Of a stretch of DNA of 64,000 nt, positions 28,745 to 38,947 are shown piece by piece (within the stretch, counting starts at the first letter, position 1; the number at the start of each line of letters is the position of its first letter). The position numbers and the translations under genes are program-made. The notes under the pieces were generated by a model. That model did not search any database, was not told where the DNA came from, and saw only the letters and a program-made list of their open reading frames with translations. The DNA comes from Fimbriimonadales bacterium. GTDB taxonomy: Bacteria > Armatimonadota > Fimbriimonadia > Fimbriimonadales > JABRVX01. Where the stretch lies: positions 12,298-76,297 of the forward strand of contig BTVI01000015.1 in NCBI GenBank assembly GCA_045862955.1, in the 5' to 3' direction.

Positions 28745-30934
28745 CTACCCTAAGGCTTCGAGCTCGGCGAATCGCTGCAGCAGCTTCTTGACGCCGACAA
28801 TACCCGGAAACGCAACGGTGACTTCGCTGTCCTCGCCCACCGGAACGCACGCCACCACGACCCCTAGGCCGAACTTCTTATGCCGCACCTTCTGTCCCAC
28901 CGCGAAGGCTGGCTCGCGTACGGGCTCTGTCTGCTGCATGAAGCCTGGCGGACGCGCCGGATACCGCTCCGTTCCTGGTCTCAGACCCGATGCGGCAGGC
29001 GGAATCGTCGCGCCGAGCGAAGTTACCGCCTCGGGATCGAGGTCCTGGAGGAAGCGCGAGGGAGGGTTGAACGAGGTCTGCCCGCGGAATGCGCGCCGGG
29101 TCGAATAGGTGATGTGCAGCTCCTGCTGCGCCCGTGTCATTCCGACGTAGCACAGCCTGCGCTCTTCCTCGACCTCGGCCTCCGAGTCGAGGCACCGCTG
29201 ATGCGGAAACACGCCCTCCTCTAAGCCCGCAAGGAATACCACGGGGAACTCCAAACCCTTGGCGGTGTGCACCGTCATTAGCTGCACCGAGTTCGCCCGC
29301 TCCCCCACGAAGTCGGCGTCCGATACCAGGGCTATGTTCTGTAGGAACTCGGCCAGAGTGGGCTCTTCGGCGCGGCCGTCGTAGTTGCTCGCCACGGTCA
29401 AGAACTCACGAACGTTCTCTACCCGGTCGCGACCCTCTTCCGACCGATCTGCCAGGAGCGCGTCGAGGTAGCCACTCCTACGGAGCGTTGCCTCGACTAC
29501 GGGCAGCACCGGCCCTTCCGTCGGCAGCTGCCTCAGCTCTTCGATAAGCTCGACGAACGCCGCGACACGCTTGCGTGCCGACGTGCCGAGTGTCTCCATA
29601 GCCGCATCGGACCGCATAGCGTCCCACAAGCGCTCGGGGTCGTCGGCAAGGTCCCTTAGTACCTGCAGCGTCGTAGGGCCTATTCCTCGCGCAGGCACGT
29701 TGACGATGCGCTCCAACGCCTTCAGGTCATACGGGTTGTGAATCATGCGCAGGTAGGCGACGACGTCCTTGATCTCCTTGCGTTCGTAGAAGCGCATGCC
29801 GCCGATGATGGCATGGGGAATGCGCAGTCCGAGGAACGTCTCCTCGAAGGCCCGAGACTGAGCGTTGGTTCGATACAGGATGGCGAAGTCGCCGTAGCGC
29901 CTGTGGCCGGCTCGGACCTCACGCTGAATGGTGTCGGCTATCACCTGCGCCTCGTCGGTCTCCGTGCCGCACATCGTAAGAGTGACCGGCGAGCCGCCGG
30001 CATTCTCGGTCCACAGCTTCTTCTCTGCACGGTTGCGGTTGCGGCGGATGACGCGGTGCGCGGCGTCCAGTATGCTCTGGGTCGATCGGTAGTTCTGATC
30101 TAGGGTGACCACCTTCGCATCCGGGTAGTCGCTGGTGAAACGCAAGATCAGCTTCACATCGGCGCCCCGCCACCCATAGATGGACTGGTCGTCGTCGCCC
30201 ACTACGGTGATGTTCTGGTGCGCCCCGCCGAGCAGCTGAATCAGCATGTACTGGGACTGATTCACGTCCTGGTACTCGTCCACGAGGATGTGGTGGAACT
30301 GGGCCTGATAACGCTCCCGCACCGTTGGTTCTTGCCGCAGCAGTTGCACAGCATAGTAGATCAGGTCATCGAAGTCCAGTGCGTTGAGCTTGCGTAGGGC
30401 AAACTGATACTTCGGGTACACCTCGGCGACGATTCGCTCCAAGAACCCGTGAGCAACGTCGGGGTACTGCTCCGCCGAGATCAGCCTCTCCTTGGCCCGA
30501 CTGATGGTTGCCAGCACCGATCGGGGGGCGAACTGCTTCTCGTCCAGCTCCATCTGACGCAGACAGTCCCGGATTACGGACACCCGATCGTCATCGTCAT
30601 AGACCACGAAGTTGCGGTCAATGCCGATCCGCTCACCGCACTCTCGCAGCACGCGGCTGCACATCGAGTGGAAGGTGCCGACCCACCTAGGCTGCAGGTC
30701 CTCTCCCAACAATGCCGCGACACGTTCCTTCATCTCGTTCGCAGCTTTGTTGGTGAAGGTGACGGCGAGAACGTTCCAAGGGCGAAGACCCGCCGAGATG
30801 AGGTGCGCAATCCGATACGTAATTACGCGGGTCTTCCCACTCCCTGCGCCGGCGAACACCACCAGCGGCCCGCCGGGATGCATGACTGCCTCCAGCTGCT
30901 TGGGATTGAGGGAGGAGAGATCGAGCGTGCTCAC
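28745..30934 (-). CDS. pcrA: ATP-dependent DNA helicase PcrA/UvrD
   Basis: AGAGSGKT, VDEYQD, QNYRST, YRTNAQSR, TVHTAKGLEF and YVGMTRA; C-terminal Tudor-like domain. Confidence 0.95.
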   Translation of the reverse strand: MSTLDLSSLNPKQLEAVMHPGGPLVVFAGAGSGKTRVITYRIAHLISAGLRPWNVLAVTFTNKAANEMKERVAALLGEDLQPRWVGTFHSMCSRVLRECGERIGIDRNFVVYDDDDRVSVIRDCLRQMELDEKQFAPRSVLATISRAKERLISAEQYPDVAHGFLERIVAEVYPKYQFALRKLNALDFDDLIYYAVQLLRQEPTVRERYQAQFHHILVDEYQDVNQSQYMLIQLLGGAHQNITVVGDDDQSIYGWRGADVKLILRFTSDYPDAKVVTLDQNYRSTQSILDAAHRVIRRNRNRAEKKLWTENAGGSPVTLTMCGTETDEAQVIADTIQREVRAGHRRYGDFAILYRTNAQSRAFEETFLGLRIPHAIIGGMRFYERKEIKDVVAYLRMIHNPYDLKALERIVNVPARGIGPTTLQVLRDLADDPERLWDAMRSDAAMETLGTSARKRVAAFVELIEELRQLPTEGPVLPVVEATLRRSGYLDALLADRSEEGRDRVENVREFLTVASNYDGRAEEPTLAEFLQNIALVSDADFVGERANSVQLMTVHTAKGLEFPVVFLAGLEEGVFPHQRCLDSEAEVEEERRLCYVGMTRAQQELHITYSTRRAFRGQTSFNPPSRFLQDLDPEAVTSLGATIPPAASGLRPGTERYPARPPGFMQQTEPVREPAFAVGQKVRHKKFGLGVVVACVPVGEDSEVTVAFPGIVGVKKLLQRFAELEALG

Positions 30935-31179
30935 CGCCCTTCAGCCTACCCTCTCGCCGCACCGGGTGTCTAGCGCACGGGGCAGATTCGCGTTGACGCT
31001 TGTCAACTTCTGCGGCCCGCATCTCCTCCGGCGGAGGGCGAGCCGTTCGAGACCCCTGATGCTGATTCCCTGCGGCTTCACTGTCGTTGTCGGCGCGCTT
31101 CCCCGGACAGCCCGAGGTCACGACAAGAGCAAAGGCTTACGCGATGCTCGCAGGGAGACGCGCCCCCGGGTGCCCGAGG

Positions 31180-32013
31180 CTACGAGCCAGGTTGAGAGCT
31201 GGGCTCGGCCTTCGGCGGCCGTGTGCGGGGTACCCGCTCCTCCGGCGGCGCCCACCTGGCCACGCCGTGCCGACGAGTCCAAAGAAGGCCGATCGCGCCG
31301 ATGAGGATAACCACCAAAGCTACCGCCTGGGCGTCCGTCAGCAGATCCTGGATCAGATACGTGGAAGTGGTCCCAGCGCGGGTGAACTCATACAGGAACC
31401 GATACAGCCCATGCAGTAGCAGGAAGCCCCAGAATATCTGGCCTTGCTTCCCGTCCTTACGATCCCACCAGAGCAGCACTCCCACGATGATCAGGTTCGA
31501 TACTGTCGCGTAGAGCTGAGACGGGTGGCTGGGGGGTGTGAGACCGTTTGCCGTGCGAAACGTGCAGGCCCACGGAAGGTCCGTGGGTGAGCCGTAGCAG
31601 CAGCCATTCAGGAAACAGCCGATCCGCGTGATGGCGTAGCCCAGAGCGATCGAGGGTGCGCACAGGTCTGCCCAGCGCCAGAAAGAGATCTTTCTGCGAC
31701 GTGCATACCAAATTCCCGCCAGCACTCCCGCGGCCAGACCTCCGAAGTAGGTCAGCCCGCCCTGCCAAATGTACAGTACCGAGATTGGATCGTCGCGATA
31801 GCTAGACCATTCCTGCACTACCCAGCCGATCCGGGCTCCAATCACCCCGGCGACAAGCAACACCACGCCGAGGTCCAGGATGGTGTCCAGATCGGCACCG
31901 TACTTGGGGCCGCGACGCCATGCCAGTACGATTGCCAGAATGAACCCGAGGACCAGCATCAGCCCGTAGGAACGTACGGGCACGCCGAACACTTCGAACA
32001 GAATGGGGTACAC
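31180..32013 (-). CDS. lgt: Prolipoprotein diacylglyceryl transferase
   Basis: GARIG, GGLTYFGG, RIGCFLNGCCYG, HPSQLY and RF.YEF.R. Confidence 0.93.
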   Translation of the reverse strand: MYPILFEVFGVPVRSYGLMLVLGFILAIVLAWRRGPKYGADLDTILDLGVVLLVAGVIGARIGWVVQEWSSYRDDPISVLYIWQGGLTYFGGLAAGVLAGIWYARRRKISFWRWADLCAPSIALGYAITRIGCFLNGCCYGSPTDLPWACTFRTANGLTPPSHPSQLYATVSNLIIVGVLLWWDRKDGKQGQIFWGFLLLHGLYRFLYEFTRAGTTSTYLIQDLLTDAQAVALVVILIGAIGLLWTRRHGVARWAPPEERVPRTRPPKAEPSSQPGS

Positions 32014-32299
32014 GGCGAACCTCGGCAGTCAGAGTACCGTCAATATACCTGTTGTGCCGATGGTCACCCCGGATGCCTCCGTCACATGTGGGCTGGGAGC
32101 TTGGCCTAGACCTCTGCGGGCCGTTAGCCCGATTAGGCTATACTCTCGCGCGCGAGGGCCCGAGCTCGACCGTTCATCCCCCAGAAAGATGTCGTTGGAG
32201 CCGATACGAATTTTCGGGAATAGGAACGGTGAGGGCCGCGCTCGTTTGTGCGTTGCGCTATGGATTCTACGGCTTAGGCCGCGACGATAAGGTGGGGTT

Positions 32300-33403
32300 A
32301 TGGCTGATTTGCCCGAATTGAGAAGGGACCCGGCTACCCGAGAGTGGGTCATCATTTCGCCGAAGAGAGAAGGTCGAGCAACGGGCTTTCGGATACCGGA
32401 CGGGGACGAGCCGCTGGAGGAGTACGATCCCGAATGCCCCTTCTGCCCCGGCAACGAGGCGATGACCCCGCCCGAAGTGCTGGCCTATCGAAGTTCCGAC
32501 TCCCAGCCCGACTCGCCCGGTTGGTGGGTGCGGGTCGTTCCTAACAAGTTCCCGGTCATCTCGCCCGATGGCGACCTGGACACCAAGGGCTTCGGCATGT
32601 ACGACCTGATGCACGGAGTGGGTGCCCACGAGGTGATGATCGAAACGCCGAAGCACAACCTGCAGATCGCCACCATGCCCCTGCAGCAGCTGTCCGAAGT
32701 GCTCTGGGCGTTCCGCGACCGGTGCCTCGACCTATCGCAGGATACGCGCGTCAGGTATACGATGCTGTTCCGCAACCGCGGCCGGATCGCGGGCGCAACA
32801 CTGGCTCACCCGCACTCCCAGCTCGTCGCGCTGCCCATGATCCCGCACGACCTCAAACAGAAGATCGCGGGAGTCGCCGCATACTACGACTTCCACGAGC
32901 GATGCCTGTACTGTGATATGATCCGGCAGGAGACCAACTTCGGAGAGCGCATCATCTGCGGCAACGAGGAGTTCATCGCTTTCTGCCCGTATGCCCCGAA
33001 GTACCCCTACGAGATCGTGATCATGCCGCGCGGTCACCGGAGGGCCTTCGTCGAAGAGACTAGGCACACCATTGAACCGCTAGCACGCATCGTTCGGGAA
33101 GTGATGCAGCGCCTCGATAGCGCTCTCAACAGCCCGCCGTTCAACTTCACCTTCCACTCCGCGCCGGTGAATGTCGAGAAGGACCCGCTGTTCCACTGGC
33201 ACCTCAGCGTGCTGCCGCGGCTCACCATCGCTGCGGGCTTCGAGATGGGTACCGGCATCTACATCAACACCGTGCGGCCCGAGGATGCTGCGCGCATCCT
33301 GCGCGAGGAGCGTATCGAGCCGAAACCCGTTGAGACGGCTCAGCCCGCTGCAGCAGGCAACGGAGAGACCAAGTCCGCTGGCAAAAGCAAAGTTTCGACT
33401 TGA
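32300..33403 (+). CDS. galT: Galactose-1-phosphate uridylyltransferase
   Basis: CPFCPGNE, RVVPNKFP, GAHEV, HPHSQ and AGFEMGTG. Confidence 0.9.
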   Translation: MADLPELRRDPATREWVIISPKREGRATGFRIPDGDEPLEEYDPECPFCPGNEAMTPPEVLAYRSSDSQPDSPGWWVRVVPNKFPVISPDGDLDTKGFGMYDLMHGVGAHEVMIETPKHNLQIATMPLQQLSEVLWAFRDRCLDLSQDTRVRYTMLFRNRGRIAGATLAHPHSQLVALPMIPHDLKQKIAGVAAYYDFHERCLYCDMIRQETNFGERIICGNEEFIAFCPYAPKYPYEIVIMPRGHRRAFVEETRHTIEPLARIVREVMQRLDSALNSPPFNFTFHSAPVNVEKDPLFHWHLSVLPRLTIAAGFEMGTGIYINTVRPEDAARILREERIEPKPVETAQPAAAGNGETKSAGKSKVST

Positions 33404-33433
33404 CAGACCGGTAGGGATCGTTCACACTGAGAG

Positions 33434-33457
33434 GCCCGACGCACCCGCGTCGGGCCG
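33434..33457 (+). terminator. GC-rich hairpin after galT
   Basis: GGCCCGACGC/GCGTCGGGCC stem; weak U-tract. Confidence 0.5.
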
Positions 33458-33483
33458 CCTCGCCTTTGCTGTGAGTTAGCCGA

Positions 33484-34311
33484 ATGGGGGGCGAGACCAT
33501 AGAGGTTGCCGTGAGGGACAAACCCACCCTTAGCCCGTCCAAGTTCGTAACCTACCTCGCTTGCCCGGTCATGTATCGCTGGAGCTTCGTCGACCCGCGG
33601 GGCCGCTGGTACCGAACGGCCAAGCCCTACTTTAGCTTCGGCGCCACGCTGCACAAAGTGCTGCAGCGCTTCCACGAACGGGGAGGCGTGGGCGAGGTGC
33701 CCAGAGAAACGCTGCTGGCCGACTATGAGGAGAGCTGGATCGAGGCGGGCTACGACAGCCCCGAGGAGTCGGCGAGGAGGCTGGAGCTCGGCCGTGAACT
33801 GCTCGTTCTTTATTACGAGAAGCAGGCTGCGGCGCCGACGCTTGCCAAGCCCGTGTACGTCGAACGGATGCTGCGCTTCGACCTCGGCCCCTTCCTGCTG
33901 CAGGGCCGCGTGGACCGCGTGGACGAGCACCCCGACGGCGCCCTCGAGGTGGTGGACTACAAGAGCGGTCGGGACAGCGTCAGCGAGGACGACGTGCGCA
34001 ACGACCTCGCGATGTGCGCGTATCAGTTGCTACTGCGTCGGCTCCATCCGGAGCGTGCGGTGCGCGCGACGATCCATGCTCTTCGGGCGAACGAATCGGC
34101 GACCGTGGCGCTCACCGACGAGGAGCTGGCGCAGTTCGAGGAGACCCTCCGCTTGCTGGGCGAAGAGATCCTGGAGACCGACTTTGCGGCGCTGAAGCCG
34201 GTGTTCAAGCCGGTGTGCGAGGGGTGCGATTTCGTTCCGCTGTGCAAGCGCGACCCCGAGTATGCAGCGCAGTGGGAAGCCGCACGGTCCGAGGCCCCGC
34301 CGGAGGTCTGA
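33484..34311 (+). CDS. PD-(D/E)XK RecB/Cas4-like nuclease with four-Cys Fe-S motif
   Basis: LSPS...ACP, G..LH, GRVDRVD, VVDYKSG and C-terminal CEGCDFVPLC. Confidence 0.85.
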   Translation: MGGETIEVAVRDKPTLSPSKFVTYLACPVMYRWSFVDPRGRWYRTAKPYFSFGATLHKVLQRFHERGGVGEVPRETLLADYEESWIEAGYDSPEESARRLELGRELLVLYYEKQAAAPTLAKPVYVERMLRFDLGPFLLQGRVDRVDEHPDGALEVVDYKSGRDSVSEDDVRNDLAMCAYQLLLRRLHPERAVRATIHALRANESATVALTDEELAQFEETLRLLGEEILETDFAALKPVFKPVCEGCDFVPLCKRDPEYAAQWEAARSEAPPEV

Positions 34312-34417
34312 TGCCCATCCGAGGCAGCAAGCAATGACCCCACCCAAACGTTGCCATGCCGTTGCGGCTGCCGAATGCGGTGCAATTCCCCCGCGACCCT
34401 GGCAGCCGGAAAGCGGA

Positions 34418-35524
34418 TTACTTGCCGACCGCGTCTGCAGGCTTCAGCGTGATCTTGGGCAGGTCGCCGTGCTTGGAGAACTCCACCTTCACGCCTAGTG
34501 CCTTTTCCGCGAAGGAGGAGAGCGGAACGAGCATAAAGCCCTGGTCGCTCTGCAGCGGGCGGTCCAGTTGAACGGCCTTGTCGTCCGCCGTGAGCAAACC
34601 CTTGTCCGGGTCCAGGTGCACCTTCTTGCCTAGGATGGTAACGTTGGCGTAGGGCGGCGGTGGCCCGTGGAAGGTCGCGCCGGCGAACTCCGGGTTGATC
34701 TTGCTGGTCGGGTCCAACAGCATGGTGACGAAGTTGGGAGGCACCAGGTAGTCCTTCTCTCCTAGGCGCTTCGCCGGGATACCCCGGGGCAGGCCGTTGT
34801 CATCTACGAACACCAGCGTCGTCCCTTGCTCGCCCCAAGACTCCTGCAACTTCTTCACCGCCCACGCCCCCTCAATCCCTTGCTCTTCCCTTGTGGCACC
34901 GTCACGTGTGCCTCCGTGCCCCAAGAAATGCAGCACCGGCACCGGCTCCGGCTTGCCGGCAAGGACCGCATCGATCTTGCGAGACAGGGCACGTGCGACG
35001 GACAGCAGTGCCTCTTCCCCGATGTTACTGGACACATAAACGTCGCCCATGATGTTCCCGCGCGTAAAGAGCAACCTGCCACCGCCGGTCCCTGGCTCCG
35101 GCCGCCAAGCACGGTCGGCGAAGGACGCATAAGCGGGCCCGTCTGATACGTCAATCAGACGAGACTGGATCGTTCCGCTGAGGGTATTCACTCCCGCCAC
35201 CGCCGATTCGGGCGTCGCCCGCACAGAAGCAGCAACCCACACTGTAGGGTGGCCCGAGCCCTCTGACTCCTCCTTGGGGCAATACCACACCTGTCGGTAG
35301 AATGATGGCCCAATCTCCATGCGGCCTAGAACCGCGTTCGTAGAGACGTGCTCTGGCCCGATGATCAGTGCTGAAAGGAGGGTACTCGGCTCCTGCACAG
35401 CGTGGTTGGAGGCTCCGCCGGTAGTGGTACCACTCATCGAATGCACCCCTCCCAAGCCGGCCTGGAACGCAGCCGCGAGCGTTGCCACGGCGACTCCTGC
35501 TCCATACACCCAATATGTTCGCAT
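34418..35524 (-). CDS. Hypothetical exported protein with C-terminal stalk (copper-amine-oxidase-N-like) domain
   Basis: N-terminal hydrophobic segment; C-terminal LDRP....GFMLVPLSSFAEKALGVKVEF. Confidence 0.55.
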   Translation of the reverse strand: MRTYWVYGAGVAVATLAAAFQAGLGGVHSMSGTTTGGASNHAVQEPSTLLSALIIGPEHVSTNAVLGRMEIGPSFYRQVWYCPKEESEGSGHPTVWVAASVRATPESAVAGVNTLSGTIQSRLIDVSDGPAYASFADRAWRPEPGTGGGRLLFTRGNIMGDVYVSSNIGEEALLSVARALSRKIDAVLAGKPEPVPVLHFLGHGGTRDGATREEQGIEGAWAVKKLQESWGEQGTTLVFVDDNGLPRGIPAKRLGEKDYLVPPNFVTMLLDPTSKINPEFAGATFHGPPPPYANVTILGKKVHLDPDKGLLTADDKAVQLDRPLQSDQGFMLVPLSSFAEKALGVKVEFSKHGDLPKITLKPADAVGK

Positions 35525-35527
35525 CTC

Positions 35528-37507
35528 TCAATCTACCCCCGTGGGGAGATTCCACCAGAACGGGTCGGGCTGGCCGAGTCGCCATGGCGTGCACTCGTAC
35601 CAGCGGCCCGTGTAGTAGAGATCTCGCTCATAGGTTGATAGGGCCTCATCCTGAGGAACACGCACCCACGTCCCTTGTCCCTCCGGCGGCTCCGGGGGAA
35701 CCGTGTACGGGTTCGCCGTCGTGATACGGACGCAAGGATCGAAAACTGCGTTGTCCCACCCAGCATGGTGGAACGCCCACAGCGTAGTCCCCCAATTCGC
35801 CGCGTTCGCTCGGTCGATCGGGTGGATATAGCGGGTTAGAAAACCGCTGTTGGGCCAAGGAACCTCGCCGTTCTCGCACTGAGGGGCGGTGGGCCCATCG
35901 GAGCGTCCATCAATCCGCCTCGCCCGTACGTCGAGTCCTATAGAGTGGCACAGCTTCTGCCACTACAGAGACATATCCTGGCAGTCAGCCTCGGATGCGC
36001 CCATCAGCTCCCATAGGTCGAATCCCCATCCGGTAGCAGTACAGGGATTGTTCGCATTAGGTATCGGGTGATAGTGACTGATATTGCCACTATAGTCCTT
36101 GTACCCGCTATAGTAGGCCTTGCAGGCCAACCGCTTCATCGCATCTCGTGCTTGACCCGAGTTGTAGCCTTCGGCAGGCATCCACGTGCAGGCGGTGTTC
36201 AGCACGGCACTCCAACACGTGCGGATCGTGCCGCCTTGGGTCTGCCCCCAAGGTCCCACCGGCTGGCCGAACGTCAGGAAGACCTGGGGGTGCACGGCGG
36301 TACGTGTCCCCGCACACGCCCAATCGCTGTCCTGATGCCTCTTCACGTAGAAGGCGTAGTTCTGTGTAAGCGTGTACGGCGGCCTCACGCGAGGCCTCGC
36401 AGGAGGCTGATGCGCCAGCTCCGTGGGCAACGACGCAATCTTGTCTTTCGTGCGAGGTATGTCCTCGAACCCGTCGCTCCACGAGTTGACAACCAAGTAG
36501 CGGATGCACACCTGGCCCGTCACCGATTGGTCGGGCGTGACCAGGTGCACGTTTGAGGTCATCGTGGTGCTGATGGTGTAGGCAAAGGGCTTGGTGTTAG
36601 TAGGTGTCCAGTGCGGGGGGACGATTGGGACATCGCCGTCATCTGGCTCGCCGCCCGGGATGTCCGGATCCCTTAGCCGCAGGTCGTGGTCGTTCTGCCA
36701 CTCGATCCAGTCCGTGGCCAACTGCGGCTTCACTTACACGTCGCGTTACACGTACGCGATGTTGTCGCAAGCAGAGGTGTCGCAAGCCTCCACCTTGATC
36801 ATATGCGTGCCCTGTGATGTTCCCGAGACGTCCCAGATGAACTTCCAGTAGTCGGCTTCCTGGATCATGTCCCCCTTGTACGCGTTGTCCACATAGAACT
36901 TCACCCACAACACTCCCGACGGGTCCGTGATGTAAGCTTTCACGAAGACCGAATCACAATCGTACGGGTCCATGTCGTCCTGATCGCCCATTCCGCCGAC
37001 GTACTCGTTGTCCACCGCCGGCTTCTCCAGGTCAATGGTCGGCGGTGAGCAGTCTGACGATACCTCGATCTCGACCTCAACCAGCATTCGGGGCGAATCC
37101 GGGTTGATGTCCTGCGCGAAGCTCCCCTTGTCCCAAACCCACGCTCGAACCACGAACGTACCGCACGACGTGTACGTGTGGTACACGTTGCCGATGATTG
37201 TCCTGCGCGGGGTCGAAACATTGTCGCCGTAGTTCTGGCTGAGAAAGGTCTCCTGAGAACTTCCGTCTCCCCAATCCCACTTCACGTGGATGTCGTCGTA
37301 CAGAGCCTCGGGGTCGTCCCCACAGTAATCCGGGTCCGTTGTTGTCACCCAGAACCGCACTGGGGTGCACGCCGTCGGGGCGTCGTGTCCTACGGAGCCA
37401 TTGTTGAACCCGTTGGCCCGACAGTTCTGCGCCACGGCGGGCAGAAGCTGCGCCACGCCGGCAAGCAGCCACACGCAGGCGAGGATTACTCGCCGTTGTT
37501 TGCCCAT
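35528..37507 (-). pseudogene. Interrupted secreted PKD/Ig-like plus transglutaminase-like gene (~659 codons, 3 in-frame stops)
   Basis: One continuous frame: TAA 36748-46, TAA 36736-34, TAG 35965-63, final TGA 35530-28; WDWGDG/HTY PKD, V.FYVD Ig-like, and DCQD...FHH...FDP. Confidence 0.75.
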
Positions 37508-38728
37508 GCTTCCTCCTCCATGCGTGCCTGCCGGGTCCAGGAGCTATCGGGGTGCCGACGGCGGAGCTCGTCCCACGCCCGTTTGGCCTCGACCCGGTCT
37601 CCTGCCAGGCTGTACGAGTGGCCCGCCATATAGCGGGAGGCGACCGGACAGGGGTACCTGGCAATCGCGTGCAGGTAGCGTTCCGCTACGGTGAGGTAGT
37701 CCCTCTCTTGGTAATAGCCAAACGCGATGTCGTGTGCAATCTCCACGGCGAAATGGTCTTTCTGGTAGAGGTCCACGATCTCCACGAGGTTGGCTCGCGC
37801 AGCCGCGCTCTCTCCTGTAGTACAGCTAGTTGACAGCCGCCCGGTACTCGGCCAGATACGCGATGTAGGGGTCGTCACTTTCGGCGGCGAGGGCATCGGC
37901 GAGGTCCGATGAGGCACTCGCATTGCCCAGGCTGTCCGCAAGAATCTCGCACTTCGCAATCAGCGCGCGACCCCGCAAGGTCGGGTGCTCCGAAACGATC
38001 CGGTCGAGGTGCGCGACAGCCTCGGAAGGCTTCCCCGCATCGCGGTACACCTCCATCACCCGAAGGGCCACCTCCTCGAAGCGAGGCTTGTCCCGGTATT
38101 TGTCCATGTATTACCGGTATGCCTCCAGCGAAGCTTCGTACTGCTTGGCGGCGTGCGCCGTGGCCCCGATGTGGAACAGGATGTCCTCGGCGTGTTCCGG
38201 GTAGAGAGGCAGAATCCGGTGGTAGTGCTCGAGTGCCGCGGGCCAGTCGGCCTTCAGCTTGAGGCAATCGCCGATCAACAGGTCGGCTCTGGCCGCCTCC
38301 TTCGGGTCGGTCACTCCCTTGCGTCTCTCGATGAGCCGAGAGATGTAGGCATCGGAAGTTGCCGTGTCCCCCTTTGCCCGGTAGCGCACCGCGAGCTTGT
38401 TCAGCACCTCCGACCAGCGGAACTCCGGTGCGACGTCCGTCAGTGTCTCGAAGCACTCGATGGCCTCATCGTTCGGCCCCAGGCACTCCAGCGCGATACC
38501 GCTCCAGAAGATGCACCTGTGCTGGACCTCGGGTGTTGGGTCGCTGCCGCGGATGACGCGATACTTATCGAGCGCCTCCTCGTACCGGCCGTCGCGGATC
38601 ATCTGGTACGCGTCTCAGAGGTCCTGCTCGGTGTCTGCACGGGACGTCGGCGCAGCCCCAAGCACCATGCAGGCCGCCAGAAGTAGACCTGCGAGCCGCA
38701 GCCCCATGCCCCCTCTACGATTCTCCAT
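37486..38728 (-). pseudogene. Interrupted secreted TPR protein (3 in-frame stops plus 1 frameshift)
   Basis: Signal peptide, then TGA 38617-15, TAA 38113-11, TAG 37828-26 and a frameshift near 37815; TPR-like helices in all fragments. Confidence 0.75.
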
Positions 38729-38947
38729 GCCGACCTTCACCCTCTCTTCGGCTAGCTAAACAAACGCCGTAAGCGTTCCACCATATACGCCCGCAGATAA
38801 TATAACGGAGCTTTCTAGCGTTTTCAAGCCCCCACCGCACAATTTCCTGAGAAAACTGCCTGTTCACGGCAAACCAGCAAGTCTCCGTAGGAAGGGGAGC
38901 AGGACAGAGGAACCGTGGGTGGGGGGTGCGTGCATAATGCGGGGCGG

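Noticed and set aside
35528..38728. Stop-codon reassignment, selenocysteine or pyrrolysine read-through
   Set aside because: All three stop types interrupt the genes, a frameshift is also present, and flanking genes terminate normally with TAA, TAG and TGA
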